Notes: a model not told the origin generated them from the sequence alone. A stretch of DNA of 64,000 bases from Spirogloea muscicola (GCA_009602725.1 WELB01000015.1:630391-694390), one strand, 5' to 3'. Positions 36,592 through 50,637 are shown, counted from the stretch's first letter. A program made the numbers and translations.

Positions 36592-39500
36592 ATGACGGCT
36601 GCCAGCCCGCCGCAGCTCCGCCGCGATGGCGCCTCGCCGCTGCCGCTCGGCATGGACGCCTGCCCGCGGCCCGCGCACTGGGTGAGACTACTGCACCACT
36701 AAGTCACCCTCAGTCCCTCTCCACAGGTCGCGAGCTCGAATCCTGTCAATTGCGCTACGCAAAAGCCAGCAGCATCACCTCCTCCCCTGCCTCTCCGCCA
36801 GCTTACTGCGCTCGAGCTGCTGCATGCGGGCGTCGGCGTCTGAGTCTTCGCATGGCGGCGGCCGCTTGCAGCGTGGCCGCCACACCGTCTGGCCGGCGGA
36901 GGCCGAGGGCCACTGGGCCTTCTGTGCCATGGTCCTCTCGTGGACCGCGTTCCCGGCTGCCCGTGGCGGCCCTGGCGGTACCGCTGTTCCCACTGTTGTG
37001 AGTCTCACGCCTTCAGTCCTTCTCTTCACGGAGGCCGCACGTCTGCACGCCATGCACGGCCTGCTGGGACGCGCCTGAGATGCTGGCAGCGCGGGCGCCG
37101 CCATGGGCCCAGTTCTTCCGTGTGCAGGTCGGCGTGCAGTCGCCTGAAGGCGCGAGCTTTGCGCGGGGCATCCTCCGCCGCTTCTCCGACTTCCTCAAGC
37201 TACACGCCGCCGTGAGCGCCCACTTCGCCTGCTGCCAGCTGCCAGCTGCTATGACCCCTCTCCTCCTCCGCCGCTGTTCCTCCGCCCTTCTCTCACCTGG
37301 ATTGCTGCTCTCCTGCAGCTCAAGCGCTCGCTGCCTGGAAAGAAGTTGCCGGCTCCACCCTCCCGGAACTCGCTCGCACGTGTCAGCGCCAGCCCCGGCC
37401 TGCTGGAGGAGGTAAGGCCGCGTTGTCATGCTCTGCCTTCCGCCTCCATTTCTTGTGCCTATCTGTGTCCCCATCTTTCTGGGGCAGCGTCATGAGCCGC
37501 GCCGCCGTAGATGCTCATGTGGCAGCGGCGCAAAGCTCTCGAGGACTGGCTGGACGAGCTGCTGACCGATGTCGACGCCTCGCGCTCCGCACCCATGGCC
37601 TCCTTCCTCGAGCTCGAGGCCGCGGCACGTGCTGGTAACCATCCTCATACTCCCTCCTCCCCCCTGCCCTCCTCCTCCTCGTGCCTTACCTGTCAAGCAC
37701 GTCCTTGCCAGCCTGACTGCCTCCACAAACTGCCTGCCTTTCTTCTCCACCATGCATCAGTACTCACGGTTGTGCCGATGTGCACCTCGGCAAACCTTTT
37801 GGCAGCAATGACTGCGCTGCTGGAAGCCGCGCAGCCGGAGGCTGATGGCAGCGGTGGCCCCCCATCCCCCTTGCTGGGGCCCGCTGAGTCTGCGCTGCTC
37901 GCACGAAGCCCTCAGCTGATGGCGGCTGGTAACGGCGGCTACGTCAGCGACAGCACGACGGGCGGGCGGGGGACGCCCAGCGAGGGCCTCAGCGAGGCGG
38001 GCGATGAAGAGGGGGGTGATGAGGGAGAGAGGAGAGGGGGAGCAGGAGAGGGGGGGGACGCATACCTGCAAGGTCGGGCAAGTGCAGAGGGCCTGTTCGC
38101 GGACGGAGTCGGCGCCGCCGCAGCCAGCACGAGGTTGCCGGAAGTTGCTGGCCAGAATGGCGGCAGCAAGAATGGCAGCAGCGATGCGCGCTCCCACTGG
38201 CGTGCCGCATCGCATGACAGCCTCGCATCCGACACGAGCTCACTTGGCGGCGGCGGCGGCGGCGCTGGTGGAAGCGGAGGAGTCGAACTGGTGCCACCGC
38301 CAATGATGAAGGAGTCAGGGGCAGCAGCGGTGGCGGCAGCGTTGGTGGCAGCAGAGAGCCGGGTGCGGGGGCTTGAGGCAGAGGTGGCTACAGTCGCGGC
38401 GCGCGCCTCGGCAGAGCGCGAGCGCTTCACGGCGCTGCAGTGGGAGCTGGAGGAGGCACGCGGCGCAGCAGCGGCTGAGACGGCGAGGGCAGCAGCAGCA
38501 AGCGCGGAGCTGGCAGCCGCACTGACTGGCAGAGAGGCTGCCGAGGCGAGTGCACGCGAGGACGTGCGCTTGCTGGCCCGTGAGGTGCTTGCGCTACGGC
38601 GGGCGCTGGAAGGCACCCGCGCTGACACGGCCAGCGCGACAGCGGCGGCTGCTGCCGCTGCCGCAGCGGTGGCTGACTTCCAGGTCTGACCATCGCTCTT
38701 CTTCTCCCTCCACTCACGCCACTCTCCAGGTTCAGCACAAAGCGAGCCCAGCATCTCTAGTCATGCTTGCTATCCCACCCACCATCTTACCTCCCCCCAC
38801 ACGCTTGTGCTGCAGGCACAGCGAGAAGCCGAGCGTGCAGCGCTGGTGGACGTGTTGCACGAGGCGGGCACGCTGCGCCGTCGGTTGCGCGAGTGCGGCC
38901 TTGACGCGGTTGCTCGCGAGGCCAGCTCCAGCGGCGCCTCCACTGATGACACGCTCGCACTGCTTGCGACATCCGATGGCCGCATCACTGCGCTGCTCGC
39001 CGAGGTGCCCTCAAGCCCCCCTTCCTTTATAGTTGTATATAAGGTACACGTTTATGTTTGGCTGTTTGGGTCGATGTGATTACTGTTTGCAGTCAAAGCT
39101 GTCTTGCCTGTGCGTCCTCGCCATTTGCTGCAACAAGTCCAGCATTGCAGTTCCCTTAATTCACTTGTAGCTGCCTAAAATACAGCAGCGTATCAGTGGC
39201 AATCGTGGATAGTAATATAGCCGCCACAGAGCAAGATTGCACAAGGATACAGTCTTCAAACATGTGACCTGAAGATGTAGTCATTTTTGCTGGTCATGAC
39301 ATTTCCTTTCTTGGTGCTAGTCTGATCAGGAGGGCTGATTTGCGAGAAAATTAGCCGGTCCTCAATTGCATTGGTCCTACCTTTTTGCAGGCTCAGCTCC
39401 TGGGTGCGGCCCAGACCAGCAGCAGCAGCATTGATGGTGACAACGTCAGCCTTAACGGTGATGGCGACAGAGGCAGCCACGAGAGTGCTGGGAGCGCTGG

Positions 39501-39804
39501 TGGTGCGCCAGTGGCCGAGGAAGGAGACACTGTTACGGGCTTGGAGCAGGGCTGCGATGAGGAAGGAGGGGCACCCAGCACCCGTGATGCCAGTACCGGT
39601 GGTGGCCTAGTGGCTGTACTGCGGGTGGCACTCAGCGAGGTGCTCGTGGACAATGCACAGCTGCGCAAGGCCGTCAACTCCCTTACGCGCAGCGTGCTCG
39701 CCACTCGCGATGAGTCCTCCAGTGGCGGCACGAGCGAGAACATAGACGTCACTGATGGCGGCCGTGCTGTGGTGCAAAGAGAAGTGCCAGCTGCGCCTTC
39801 ATGA
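36592..39804 (+). CDS. PX-domain coiled-coil protein, EREX/EREL-like (Rab5 effector family)
   Basis: Exons 36592-36681, 36872-36997, 37113-37211, 37319-37411, 37526-37634, 37806-38683, 38816-39004, 39391-39804. Motifs: SPP..RDGASPLPLGMD, FRVQVGVQSPEG..ILRRFSDFLKL, FLELEAAAR, LLATSDGRI, DNAQLRKAVNS. Confidence 0.9.
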
Positions 39805-40567
39805 CATCGAGGACACCCCAAGTCTACATTTCTCATAGATGCCCTATGACATGACGCATGACCGGGTCGTATTCACACGATGAGATAGCCGGCGATTGTA
39901 ATGGCAACCGTGTGCACTCATTTGGACCCGTCCAACCCAGTCGGGGCTGCCTATGCTCAGACTTGCTCAGCTTGATGCTTGTGCCACATGACTTCCCGCG
40001 ACTTGGCATTTCTGTGCTGCCGGTACCAGCGACTACTGACTGCAAGTGCCTGCCTCAACGGCGATGCTGCACTCATGCGGCTGGGGTCCTGCGTCTGCAG
40101 CGGCTGTGCATCACTTTCACCTACTTTGACTTTGATGAGAGACGCAGCCCTTCCCAACGGGGCGAGGAGTGAAAACGCCAGCCCCAGGAAAGTATGTGTA
40201 TTGCCAACCCATTGTACGCCTGGTTCCGCCACCGAGCTACGACTGCGAGCTCCTGGTTTGCCAGCTGCCACTGTTGGAGCCCAAGCCAGCACTGTGCAAT
40301 GAGAGCCAGGGCTGGCAGCCACCGTCGGCTGTTCTTCTGCCGTTCTCTGCGCAGCATTCTCAGAAGCCTCTGCTACCTCTCGGGCTCCACAAGTTCCTCT
40401 GAGGCCTCACCCTTCAATCGCTGGGGGGGCGCCTATAACAGTAGCCATGAAGGACCAGGAGCTCGCACGCTAAGCCCTGCTCCGAAGTACCTGCTGCAAG
40501 CTTCACTGGGCAGGAATCGTTCGCACATCGAGGTCACATTGCAGCTGCTGCTGCTGCCGCTGCTGCC

Positions 40568-40625
40568 GAAACCCTGAATCCCTTAAACCCTGAATCTGTA
40601 TCCCTTGAACTTAAACCCTGAGCCC
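40568..40625. repeat. Telomere-like / telo-box tract upstream of the histone-fold gene
   Basis: gaaaccctgaatcccttaaaccctgaa...taaaccctgagccc. Confidence 0.7.
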
Positions 40626-40648
40626 CGCAGCGGCGGCAGCGGCACGGC

Positions 40649-42840
40649 ATGCGGGCCGGGCCGGCGGGCCTGGATCCGAGGCTCGCGGAGGAGGAGGAGG
40701 AGGAAGCTTCCGAGAAGGAGCAGCTGGGCGGCGGCGATGGCGGCGGCGACGGCGAGGCGGACTGGCTTGCCAGGGACGGCAGGGAGGACCGCCGGCCCGA
40801 CGGCAGCGACGAGGACGACGCCAGCGGCGGCGGCGGCGTCGGCGGCGGCGATGAGGGCTCCCCGGCCGACGCNTGCGGCGGCGGGCGGCGCGGGGCGGGC
40901 CAGCCGCCGCTGGCGCTGCCGCTGTCGCGCGTCAAGCGCCTGGTGAAGGCGCAGGGCGACGTCGCCATGGTCAGCGCCGAGGCCGGCGTCCTCATCGCCA
41001 AGGCCGCTGTGAGCGCGCTCGGCTCCTCAGCCCAAACCCTATACCCCAGACTTCGTAATACCTTAACAATCCTAGATCCTTATTGTCTATTCTGTTTCTG
41101 TAGACTGTGGATCGAATCCTTGTGGCGTCTCTGCTTACGCCACTCGCCTGCGTCCATTTACGTCCGTGTCTGACATAACCCACACTGGCTTCAGTGGCTT
41201 GAGCCACTAGAAGGACCCATGATTGTTTCTCGATTTCGCCATTGATGACTGCTCAAACCGCTACAGTGGATCATCAAGATAATGCTTGCAAATTTTCGGT
41301 ATTGGATTTGGGTTTGGAACGCCTAGGGGCGCAGGACTTCGAGCCCTGCATCTTGATGGCCATTGTGTTATCTCTCAATTTTAACATTGTGCAGTGACCG
41401 GCAGCTGGACACTGCCAGTGGGTAGTGGGCACTCTCACATTGGCGGCTCCTGGCTGCGCTGCTGCAGGAGCTATTCCTCGAGTCGTTCTCCGAGGCGGCG
41501 TACACTATGGCGCGCGCTGCCGGCTCAACTACCAATCTGACATACAAGGACCTTGGTGAGCTCCACCTCTAGCTCAGAGCCCTGAGCCCTGAGCGCTAAG
41601 CCCTCAACCCAAAAGCGAAGGCGTGTGAATGAGACGCCTCTGGTGCTACTGCTTGCTAGCCGGTCACAGTCCCATCTCCACAACAACAGCGAACTTGGTC
41701 TTCTCCAATTTGTCCAATTGTCTTCACCTGATCATTACTATCAAGGTATAAATCTAGGCTTCATGTCTGCATTGTCGGCAATCAGAAGCCAAGGGATTAG
41801 GACGCTCACAACAAGCACCTGAGTCTTGGCTTGCCAATTGTCTGTGCTTCAAGTACTGCCTCATGTTTGAGAATGCAGACCCCTGCCAGCTGTAACAATT
41901 CTACTGCACAGGAAGTACCGAAGGGCAACTTTGGCCAGACCTGCGTGCCGCTGCAGCAGTCGTGGCTGACTGAGTCGTTAACTCAGAGGCGAAAGCCTGT
42001 CCTTCAAAGACGTCTTGCCTTTGTATTGCACTTGCTGCACCTAGCCTCGAAGTGCCAAGGTGTCGTCAATGTCTGCCTGAGTTGCGGGGTGCTGGCTGTG
42101 TCGACGTGGATGTAATGGTCTGCTGTGACTCCAGTCTCTGTCTCATTTGCAGCACCGACGTTGAGATACTGGTTGCCCGCGCCCACCAGGACACCTGTGC
42201 CTCAGGCAGCAGATCATTGCACCATGTCTTGCAATGAGGTCAAGCGCAGCGAAAGCCTAGCTCGACATGCTTTCTGCAACTACAGTGTCAGCGGCAGAGG
42301 CTACTGCTGACATTCAGCTGACTGGAGAAAGGGTTGTCTTTCTTCAGACATGATCTTCATAGTCTTCGTAGGGGTTGCCAGGGAATGGTCGGTCGGCGAG
42401 GGTCCCTCTGACCAGGCCAGGAGCAGAAGCTCCACGACCATCGTGCCATATAACATGGACGCAAACTACATGACAGGAACCTTTCATGATGCTCTAAGCT
42501 GACAATGAGGTCCCTCGCACCTTTGTGTACAGCGGCTGCGGTGGCCAGCACGGAGTGCCTGGAGTTCCTCCGAGGTGAGGCCAAGCTCGGCCAGAACTTG
42601 CTTGCGGTGTAGTTGCGGCCTTGCTTTGGAGCCACTTTAGATAGCATTAAAGCCATATGAGCCATATTCAAATACACAGGGAGACCAAAATCAAAAGCAC
42701 TAATGACTGGCTATCTGGTACGCTGAGTGCCCCTGATAATGGTGAGTCTTTTTGCAGACATTGTGCCGGAGATGGTGAAGGCGTCAGCGGCGCTGGCGGT
42801 CCATGTGTCCGAGAGCAATGGGGACTTGGACGTTCATTGA
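40649..42840 (+). CDS. H2A-like histone-fold protein, DPB3/POLE4/CHRAC15 (NF-YC-related)
   Basis: Exons 40649-41008 (contains a single N), 41468-41555, 42533-42574, 42758-42840. LPLSRVKRLVK..DVAMVSAEA..LIAKAAELFLE..LTYKDLAAAV..LEFLRDIVP. Confidence 0.85.
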
Positions 42841-44010
42841 AACCACCACTGGCATGGCATAGGAGCAAATTGCTGACTGTATATATGGAGCTCGATCAGA
42901 AAGTCAGGCAATTGCACGGCACACAATACTGGCCCAAGTCCACTCAAGCGAGTTGCAAGTACTATTGAAATCGTATAAGGTGTATCATTGGCTCTTATTG
43001 ACTTCGTCCTGGTCCCTCTCGGCAAGCTGGACACAGAGTAACCGCATGCGGCAAGCTTGCTGGCCTTGGAAGTCATTTGTTGTAGCCACTTGCTGCGTAA
43101 TTTGCGCTTTCCGGCTCCTCTGGGCCTTGTCCCTTTGCACTTGGCTTGGCCGCTCACAGCCACCGTCCACTTCAGAAGAATTATTTGGCTTGTGAATCAT
43201 TTCAAAGAACTAAAGAGTAAGTCACTCGCTGAGTGATAAGCAAGCCACAGCACCATGTGCTGTCCCTTGCAGTGGCTACTGAGACACGGTCCCCATCTTG
43301 AGGCCAGCGGAGTCGCTGCTTCACCTGGTAAATAATACACATTCTATAGGTACCAGTCATGGATGATGCTTTAGTCAAGCTTATGGCTTTCTTGTCCGGC
43401 TTCAGCGACAGGACTACCTCTCTCAGGTTGATGTCTTCGATTGGTTAATCGTAAAGACTGCAAGAAGACACCTGCTGGGACTTCCCTTAGTGTTTCGTGG
43501 ACCTATCTTTAACGTGGCTGCACGCAAGTGGCATTAGTCCCCATTCACAGTCGACATTTACATCATCTTTTGCACACTTCGTCTGTAAGCTACACAGCTG
43601 GCAGGTGAAGGTAGATATCTTCTGGTCGTGGTCTTCGATGGCCTATCCCAGGCCAATTTTGGCAATGTATTTTGTACTTCCATATGTTCACCGCGATTGG
43701 CTAGGTTCAGGAAGCACTTGATAGCGTGGACGTATGAGCCCCGAAATTCTGCTGGAGTCCACGAACACTTGTACGTTAGCCACCTCCAGCAGCCTCTGGG
43801 CGAAGCTACAACAAGCTGGTCAGTCCCAGTTGTCACAGCACCAAACTCCACAAGGCAGTCCAGCTGCAGTCCAGTCCAGCGCAGGCCAGCTGCGGTCGCC
43901 AGCCGCCATTGCAGCGGCAATGCCTCGGCGGGTGCAGCAGCCTCGAGGCTGAATCCTCGGCATTGACAGAAACCCAATTGCAGTGACCGCCGGAGTCGCG
44001 CTGTGGAGCC

Positions 44011-47000
44011 ATGGCGCGCCTCGCCCTCGTCAGGGCGGCGGCGCTGGCCGCTCGCCGGCTTGGCCATGCAACGACGGCCGTCACAGAGGCTACGTCAACC
44101 TCATCGCCGCTGCACCAGTTGCAGCTGAGGCAGAGCTGGGCTGCCCTGCCGGCGCGCTGGCTGGCCTGTGCCGCCACTGCGGCTGACGCTCCGGCGCACG
44201 ATGTCGCGGCCCCCAAGAACGTCAGTCTATAGACCTTAGGCCAGGAATTACTGCAAGACTTGTCGACGCCGAAAGCTCGTTAGCTTGTGGTCACTCAGTA
44301 CCTACGTGCACATATACCGTGTAAATTACACAAGGAAAATCAGAATCTTGGTGTTCGTCGAAGTCGAGGTGCTTCGCTTTGAGAGTCTATCTATGACTCC
44401 TGCCCTTGTGGGCCTGCCGGGCTTGCAGCCTGCAATTGCGAGGATGGAGGCTGCCAAGGAGGCCGCATTGCATGGCGGCGGCGAGGCGCGCATTGCGAAG
44501 CAGCACCGTGCTGGCAAGGTCTGCATCAATGCTGGGCTTATGTAGATGTAAGCATTGCATATGTTGTCATGACTTACATGACCAGAGCCTTCAGGACCCT
44601 AGACCCAACAATCTAGGACTGCAAAGGCTAACTTTAATAACGCGTAATTGTACAAACAATGTACAATTGGAATAATAATATGTACAAGTTTCGCGGAAGC
44701 AGAAGCCCTGATAAGCGGCCTCTGGCGCTGGCACCCTTGCCCGCTGCCCTTCGTCACGCCAGCTGACGGCGCGTGAGCGTATTGCGGCTCTGGTGGACCC
44801 CGGCTCTTTCTGCGAGATGGGTATGTCTGAGTTGCTCCCTTTCCAGCACTAGAGGGCCGCAATGTCTGCACAGCCCTGTGCATACACATTGGTTACTGAT
44901 AGTCCGCAGCTTTGCATGCACAAGAGAAAGAAAGGCAGGTTACATTGTGACTTGCCATGGATAGTGTGGAGACCCGACCATGGATGGCTGACCCGTGTCT
45001 GATCTGGATTGGTGCGGTTCGTGTCCGATCGTTGAACGATCAGGCTTCTTGAACCCAAGAGGGTTATCATCTTTATGTTACCCTGACCTGCTGACTTTTT
45101 GTTATCTTATTCTTTTACATAATCATCTAAATAAATGGTATACACTGGCGTGCTGGCATCTGCAGGGATGCTTGTGAAACACCGCTGCGTGGACTTTGGC
45201 ATGGCCGATCAGCACATCCTGGGCGACGGTGAGCGCCCCACCAAATCCGTTACCTGCTTGTTTCACAACTCAATCTACAGTTGCCAGCTGATAACTCTGG
45301 GGACAAGGGAGTCCAATCTCAGTCCCATTTACTACATGCTCTCGTGCAGGGGTAATTACTGGCAGCGGGAGGATAAATGGAAGGTTTGCCACCGGCCGCT
45401 TGCGGCCTCCCTATCGGGCCCGTAAGAGCTGTAAGACCATGACAATCAGACTTAGCGTGGAAACAGTTTGCAGCTTGCCCATGTCACAGCCTCCATCCCG
45501 TAGTCCTGAACTATACCTAATGCAGTACTCTTATGGATGAGTACTGCAAAAACAGCAGGCATCCCGCCCCCACCTAAAGCCCAGAGGACCACAATGATGT
45601 TTGTCGTTAGTCTGCTGCTCGTGGCAGGACCGTATACCTGTTCAGCCAAGACTTCACTGTGTTTGGCGGCAGCCTATCGGAAACCCACGCTCAGAAAATC
45701 TGCAAGGTACGCTTTTCTCTTTAACCATTGCGATACTTTCTTTTGATATTCTGGGTTTGAGACTGCTTGGACACCACAACATGATTGGCTTTTATACTTC
45801 CGTCTCATGCGTGTCAGCTGCAGGTTCTAATTTTGTCTGACTTGCTCACCTGCTCTGAGCTGATAGGTCCTGGACAAGGCGATGGCAGTTGGGGCTCCTG
45901 TGAGGCTTGCCTTACAACTGTGACCACCTCACTACTTCGCCACATAAAGTCTGGCAGGCACAAGCAGCTTGCCATCTTGCTGGAAGTATTATCCACCGCA
46001 CCTGGTTCACTTTGCACACTTGCGGCCTCATGAAGGTGCTTGGCCTGAACGACTCTGGCGGGGCCCGCATCCAAGAGGGCGTGGTCTCACTTGGCGGATA
46101 CGCAGAGGTCTTCCAGGTGAAGAAACTTGCAGATAGGAACTTTCAGACAATGTGGCATCCACCAATCAGTATTCAACTTGTCTGACAGACTGTGAGGCCT
46201 GGTTTTGGTTTTTTCTAGGAATCTGACACAGACGCTTTGGGTGTGGTGACCATATGAGGTCAGTGGTATTGCGGCAGCTGAGCATGATAATGACTGCCTG
46301 CTTGCTTGCAGAGGAATGTACTGGCGTCGGGTGTCATTCCACAGCTATCCGTGATCATGGGTCCCTGCGCAGGTCCGTTGGGTAATGTGTCGTTTGCTGC
46401 CTCCAGTTATGCAGCATACAATCACACATGCATGCTAGTGGTTCCTTGTCTGCATGCCCAGCATGTCATTCCAACTTTTCTACGATTACATAGTGTTTTA
46501 CATTTATTCGGGTGCCTTGTGGCAGTCCCGTCAGAGTAGCTCCCTATTATCATCACTCTAAATTAGTCTGGCTCGTCACTTGTGTCCTGTCTCAGGTGGC
46601 GCTGTCTACTCACCTGCTTTGACGGACTTCATCCTCATGGTGCAGACTGACTGCTATTGCTGGCTGGCTTATGCTGGAAAGGATAAGTCTTGCCTATACT
46701 GTCATTTTAGCTGCTTAAGGGTCATAAATAAAATTCCTTCGGAATATGTCAAGGTACCCACATTTGACTGCCAGTACCCCTACCTATTGCTGCAAATGCG
46801 AGTAAGGCGTTCTGCCTTGCTTCACAAGGGGTTGGTAATTTGGTGCTTGATTAAGGAGTGCCATGCAGGTCCGACGCAGCTCGCACATGTTTGTCACCGG
46901 CCCAGACGTGCTGCGCAAGGTCACGCACGAGGACGTCTCGCAGGTTGCCACTTGCCTAAGCCGCCAGAGCACGACTGAAATGCTTCCAGTGACGACGTAC

Positions 47001-50000
47001 TTCAGTGATTTGGACTCAATGGTTGAGCCTGTTAGTCCCCGGGCGGTTGTCTTGTGGGGCGCCCGCGGTCAGGAAACGCTCGGCGGCACTGACACGCACA
47101 CGACCAAGTCGGGTGTCGCGCACCTGGGGTTTGACAACGAACTCGATGCGCTCGCAAGGCACACGCCTGTCCCATCTCTCCATGCTTTGATTCATCAGAA
47201 AGTGTGGCAACAAAGTCTGTATATCTCCAACTCTCAGTCTGTAATGTCTTCATTCTTGCAGTGTTTGGGCCACTGTGCACTTCTGGCTGAGGAACGCAAA
47301 CACGTAGCATCAGACTTGATTTGTCCTCCCACGACCTTGTGTTTTAAAATTGTCTTGTCATCTGAGGAGCTTCTTATGCAGTATGTGTGATGAGGCGGCC
47401 TCTCAGATTGAGGGACTTAGTCGACTTCCTGCCAACATCAAATCGTGCGCCCGTGCCTTGCCAACCCTGCGCAGATCCGAGGTATGCAGCTGCAAGCATT
47501 GCAACTCTATATTCTCCTGAGTAGTCCAATTTAGATTTTGGTGAATGGACATCTCTGTATGAATGCGTTCAACTCTATATTCTCCTGAGAAGTCCAATTT
47601 AGATTTTGGTGAATGGACATCTCTGTATGAATGCGTTCCACCTGCCTCTATTCACTACCATCAGCCATCACGCAATAGCATAACGATCTGCCTGTTTTTA
47701 TTTGGTGTCTTTGCACTCTGGTAAACGGTCTGGGGCCTCCGTTGGTCTTTGTGACATTGCAATGCAAAGCTGGCCTTTGTCGAGACTGCAGTGACAGGGC
47801 CCTCAACTCGCTGGACAACATCATTCCCGAGGACGCATCAGCGGCGTACGACATGCAGGACGTCCTGGAGAAGGTGCTGGCCACCCTTGCCCCCTCTGCC
47901 TACAGAGATGAAACCCAACAACAAGGCTCATGGTTTTTGTACAAATTGAAGACATATCATTACCATTATTTTTGTAACATGCATTGATGCACCTAATGCA
48001 CCACAGGAAGGCAAGTCCGCTGTAGCAGCATCATGGATGCCACAGCGTGGGCAATGCCAGCTGGAGGCACGTCGCAGCAGAGTCATACAGGACCTTACAA
48101 CTACGCTGAGAGAAGACGTTCTTAGTGTGCTCGCTGGCTGGATGTGGGAGCTGCCGCTTTTCCAGGTTGTGGACGACAGCGAATTCTTTGAGATCATGCC
48201 CGACTACGCCAAGAACATCATCATCGGCTTTGGGGTGGGCTCAATAACGCTTATTGGACGCATGCAGACAGTGACCATTATGCCGTGGAGCCTCTGAAGC
48301 CCCCAGGAGTAGCATAACCAGAAGCCTTCATTGGGCATGCATCTGTTGTGTGAAGCTGACGAGCTGTTGTCGTCGTGAAGTGACGATGCAGCGGCTGGAG
48401 GGAGCAACTGTAGGACTCGTGGCGAACCAGCCCATGGTGCAGGCAGGCTGCCTGGACATCAATGCCTCCGTCAAGGTTACCTCTGCTCCGTTGCGCTAAT
48501 GAAGTTTGGATCAGTCATACAATGCATCTTAGCTTTCACGGCCAGGGCTGGACCCCATGCTGTGCCGGCCATTTTCTAACTTGCCATTGCTACGTACATG
48601 TATAGCACTTCGTCAAAGTACTGTCAAGTACAAACAGGAGGAGCAGCCTATGTATCTTTGCTGTATTGATGGCAAACATAGATAGCAGATAGATACAGGA
48701 TGGCATATGCCGAGATCGCTGTAATCTTACTCCTCTGGGCCATAGCTGTTGCTGTTTCAATATGCTCACTAAGAAGCCAAGCATGCGCCAGGCAGATGGT
48801 AGAGACTTGGGGCTGGTGCCACCTTGCTGGGAGCTGCCACCTGATTGTTCAACCTGCTAACAGTATCACTCAGTTGGCCAAGTGTTACGATCTCAGGCTA
48901 CTCTTCTCTATGCAAAACTTCATGCGGTTGTTAAGAGCTAGCCATTGTCTGCCCATTCGCAGGCGGCGAGGTTTGTTCGCTTCTGTGACTGCTTCAACAT
49001 TCCTCTTGTGACTTTCGTGGACGTGCCGGGCTTTCTTCCAGGTGGCATACCCCACAGCTTCTTATGTGGCAGATCCACTGACTAAGACTGACAGATGTGC
49101 TGCTCAAATATCATGCAGTACCACGTGAATGGTATCTATGACCCCTCCAAGCAAAGTACTTTGTGCTCATACAAGGCCGCCTTAAGTACTGAGGCGCATT
49201 AGAAATCGGCTGAGCATGCATGCGGCGCGTCAATGCGGCGGTGCCTCCTGCAGGTCAAGACCAGGAGCATGGCGGAATCATCCGGCACGGCGCCAAGTTG
49301 CTGTACGCGTATGCGGAGGCAACGGTGCCCAAGGTCACCGTTATCACTCGCAAGGCCTATGGTGGTGCCTACTGCGGTGCACAAGCGCTGAAACCCTTAA
49401 ACCCATTACTGTGCTTCTTCTGGAAATTGATATTCAAGCATCTGTTGGACATGAGAAGAAGGTGGAAGGACAGCTTTGCTTCTCCGCGTGCCATGCATTG
49501 TCCTTTAAAAAGGCAAGGGGGTGGCGAAGCGAGGAATTTTTGCGCAACTGCTGAGTGGCTCATGGCGTACCGAAGCTGTGTGCGTGCAGTAATGAGCTCA
49601 AAGCACCTGCGCGGTGATGCAAACTTCGCATGGCCATCAGCTGAGATTGCAGTCATGGGCGCCAAAGTGAGTGCCGCTTCACCAGGGCAATCTCCACAAC
49701 TCAAGGATAGAAGTCCAGGATAAGAACTGCTGTTCTCACGGTCCATGTTGGTTGGTTACTGCCAGTGAATTACCCAGTGGTGTGTTATTTCAGATATATT
49801 GTTGACACTTCCAACATTATGCAAGCTCCACAGTCTCTGGACTGCTCATTGTCAGCTTGTCAACCAATCAGTGGTCTGTCAACTATAAAATCTGTTGACA
49901 TTTCCCACATTTTACAAGCTCTACAACCTTATCAGGACTGCTCGTTGTCAGCTTGTCAAGCTTTCAAATCTCATGCTGGTAAAATTGTTTGCTTGCTATT

Positions 50001-50637
50001 TACAGGGTGCTGCAGAAATCCTGCATCGTGGTGCGTCGGACGTTGACGTCCGGGCAGCAGAGTATGAGGAACGCTTTGGCAACCCATATACGGCGGCAGC
50101 TTTGGGCTTTGTTGACGATATTATACAACCTCGCGACACGCGTGAACGCCTCTGTGCTGAATTGCGGGCTCTTAGCACCAAGGTGCATATACTTTATCCA
50201 CAATTTACAGAAGCTGTCAAAACCCTGTCTATGAGCTTCCTCATGACTTTATCCAATGCAATCACCCCACAAATTTCCACTTGACATATTCTGCCACACG
50301 CCCCTTCCCTCAACATACTAGCCTCAGTGACCTGATCCGATGCAAACACCCCAACATTGTCCATTTGACCATGCTTGTTCTGCTACACGCACCCCCTTTA
50401 TAGTACCATAACACAACCCCAGTTCTAAGTCAGATTTCACTCAATGAGTTATGAAAGATCCTTAACCTCTCAACCCTGCAAGTCCACAATTGTGCACAAG
50501 GCGAGTGCTGGGGGCAGCAAGTCTGCAGCTGCAACATATCCTCGGCCAGGAAGTCTGCACAAATAACACACTCGTGTTGGCTTCTCTTGCAGGTGCTCAC
50601 TAATCCTGTAAAGAAGCACGACAACTGCCCTTTGTGA
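44011..50637 (+). CDS. PCCB: Propionyl-CoA carboxylase beta chain, with a mitochondrial-type presequence
   Basis: Exons 44011-44220, 44429-44518, 44763-44820, 45166-45228, 45350-45383, 45628-45706, 45867-45899, 46036-46116, 46312-46372, 46596-46639, 46869-46943, 47073-47158, 47407-47481, 47792-47873, 48166-48234, 48392-48475, 48963-49041, 49254-49376, 49590-49666, 50006-50182, 50593-50637. Motifs: [92 protein letters not shown]. Confidence 0.95.
47502..47638. repeat. 68-bp tandem duplication in a PCCB intron
   Basis: Two copies of caactctatattctcctgag.agtccaatttagattttggtgaatggacatctctgtatgaatgcgtt with one mismatch. Confidence 0.95.

Noticed and set aside
41900..42190. Minus-strand CSKCNTK motif suggesting an OB-fold zinc ribbon inside a histone-fold gene intron
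   Set aside because: Short, interrupted by stops, and without a supportable exon structure.
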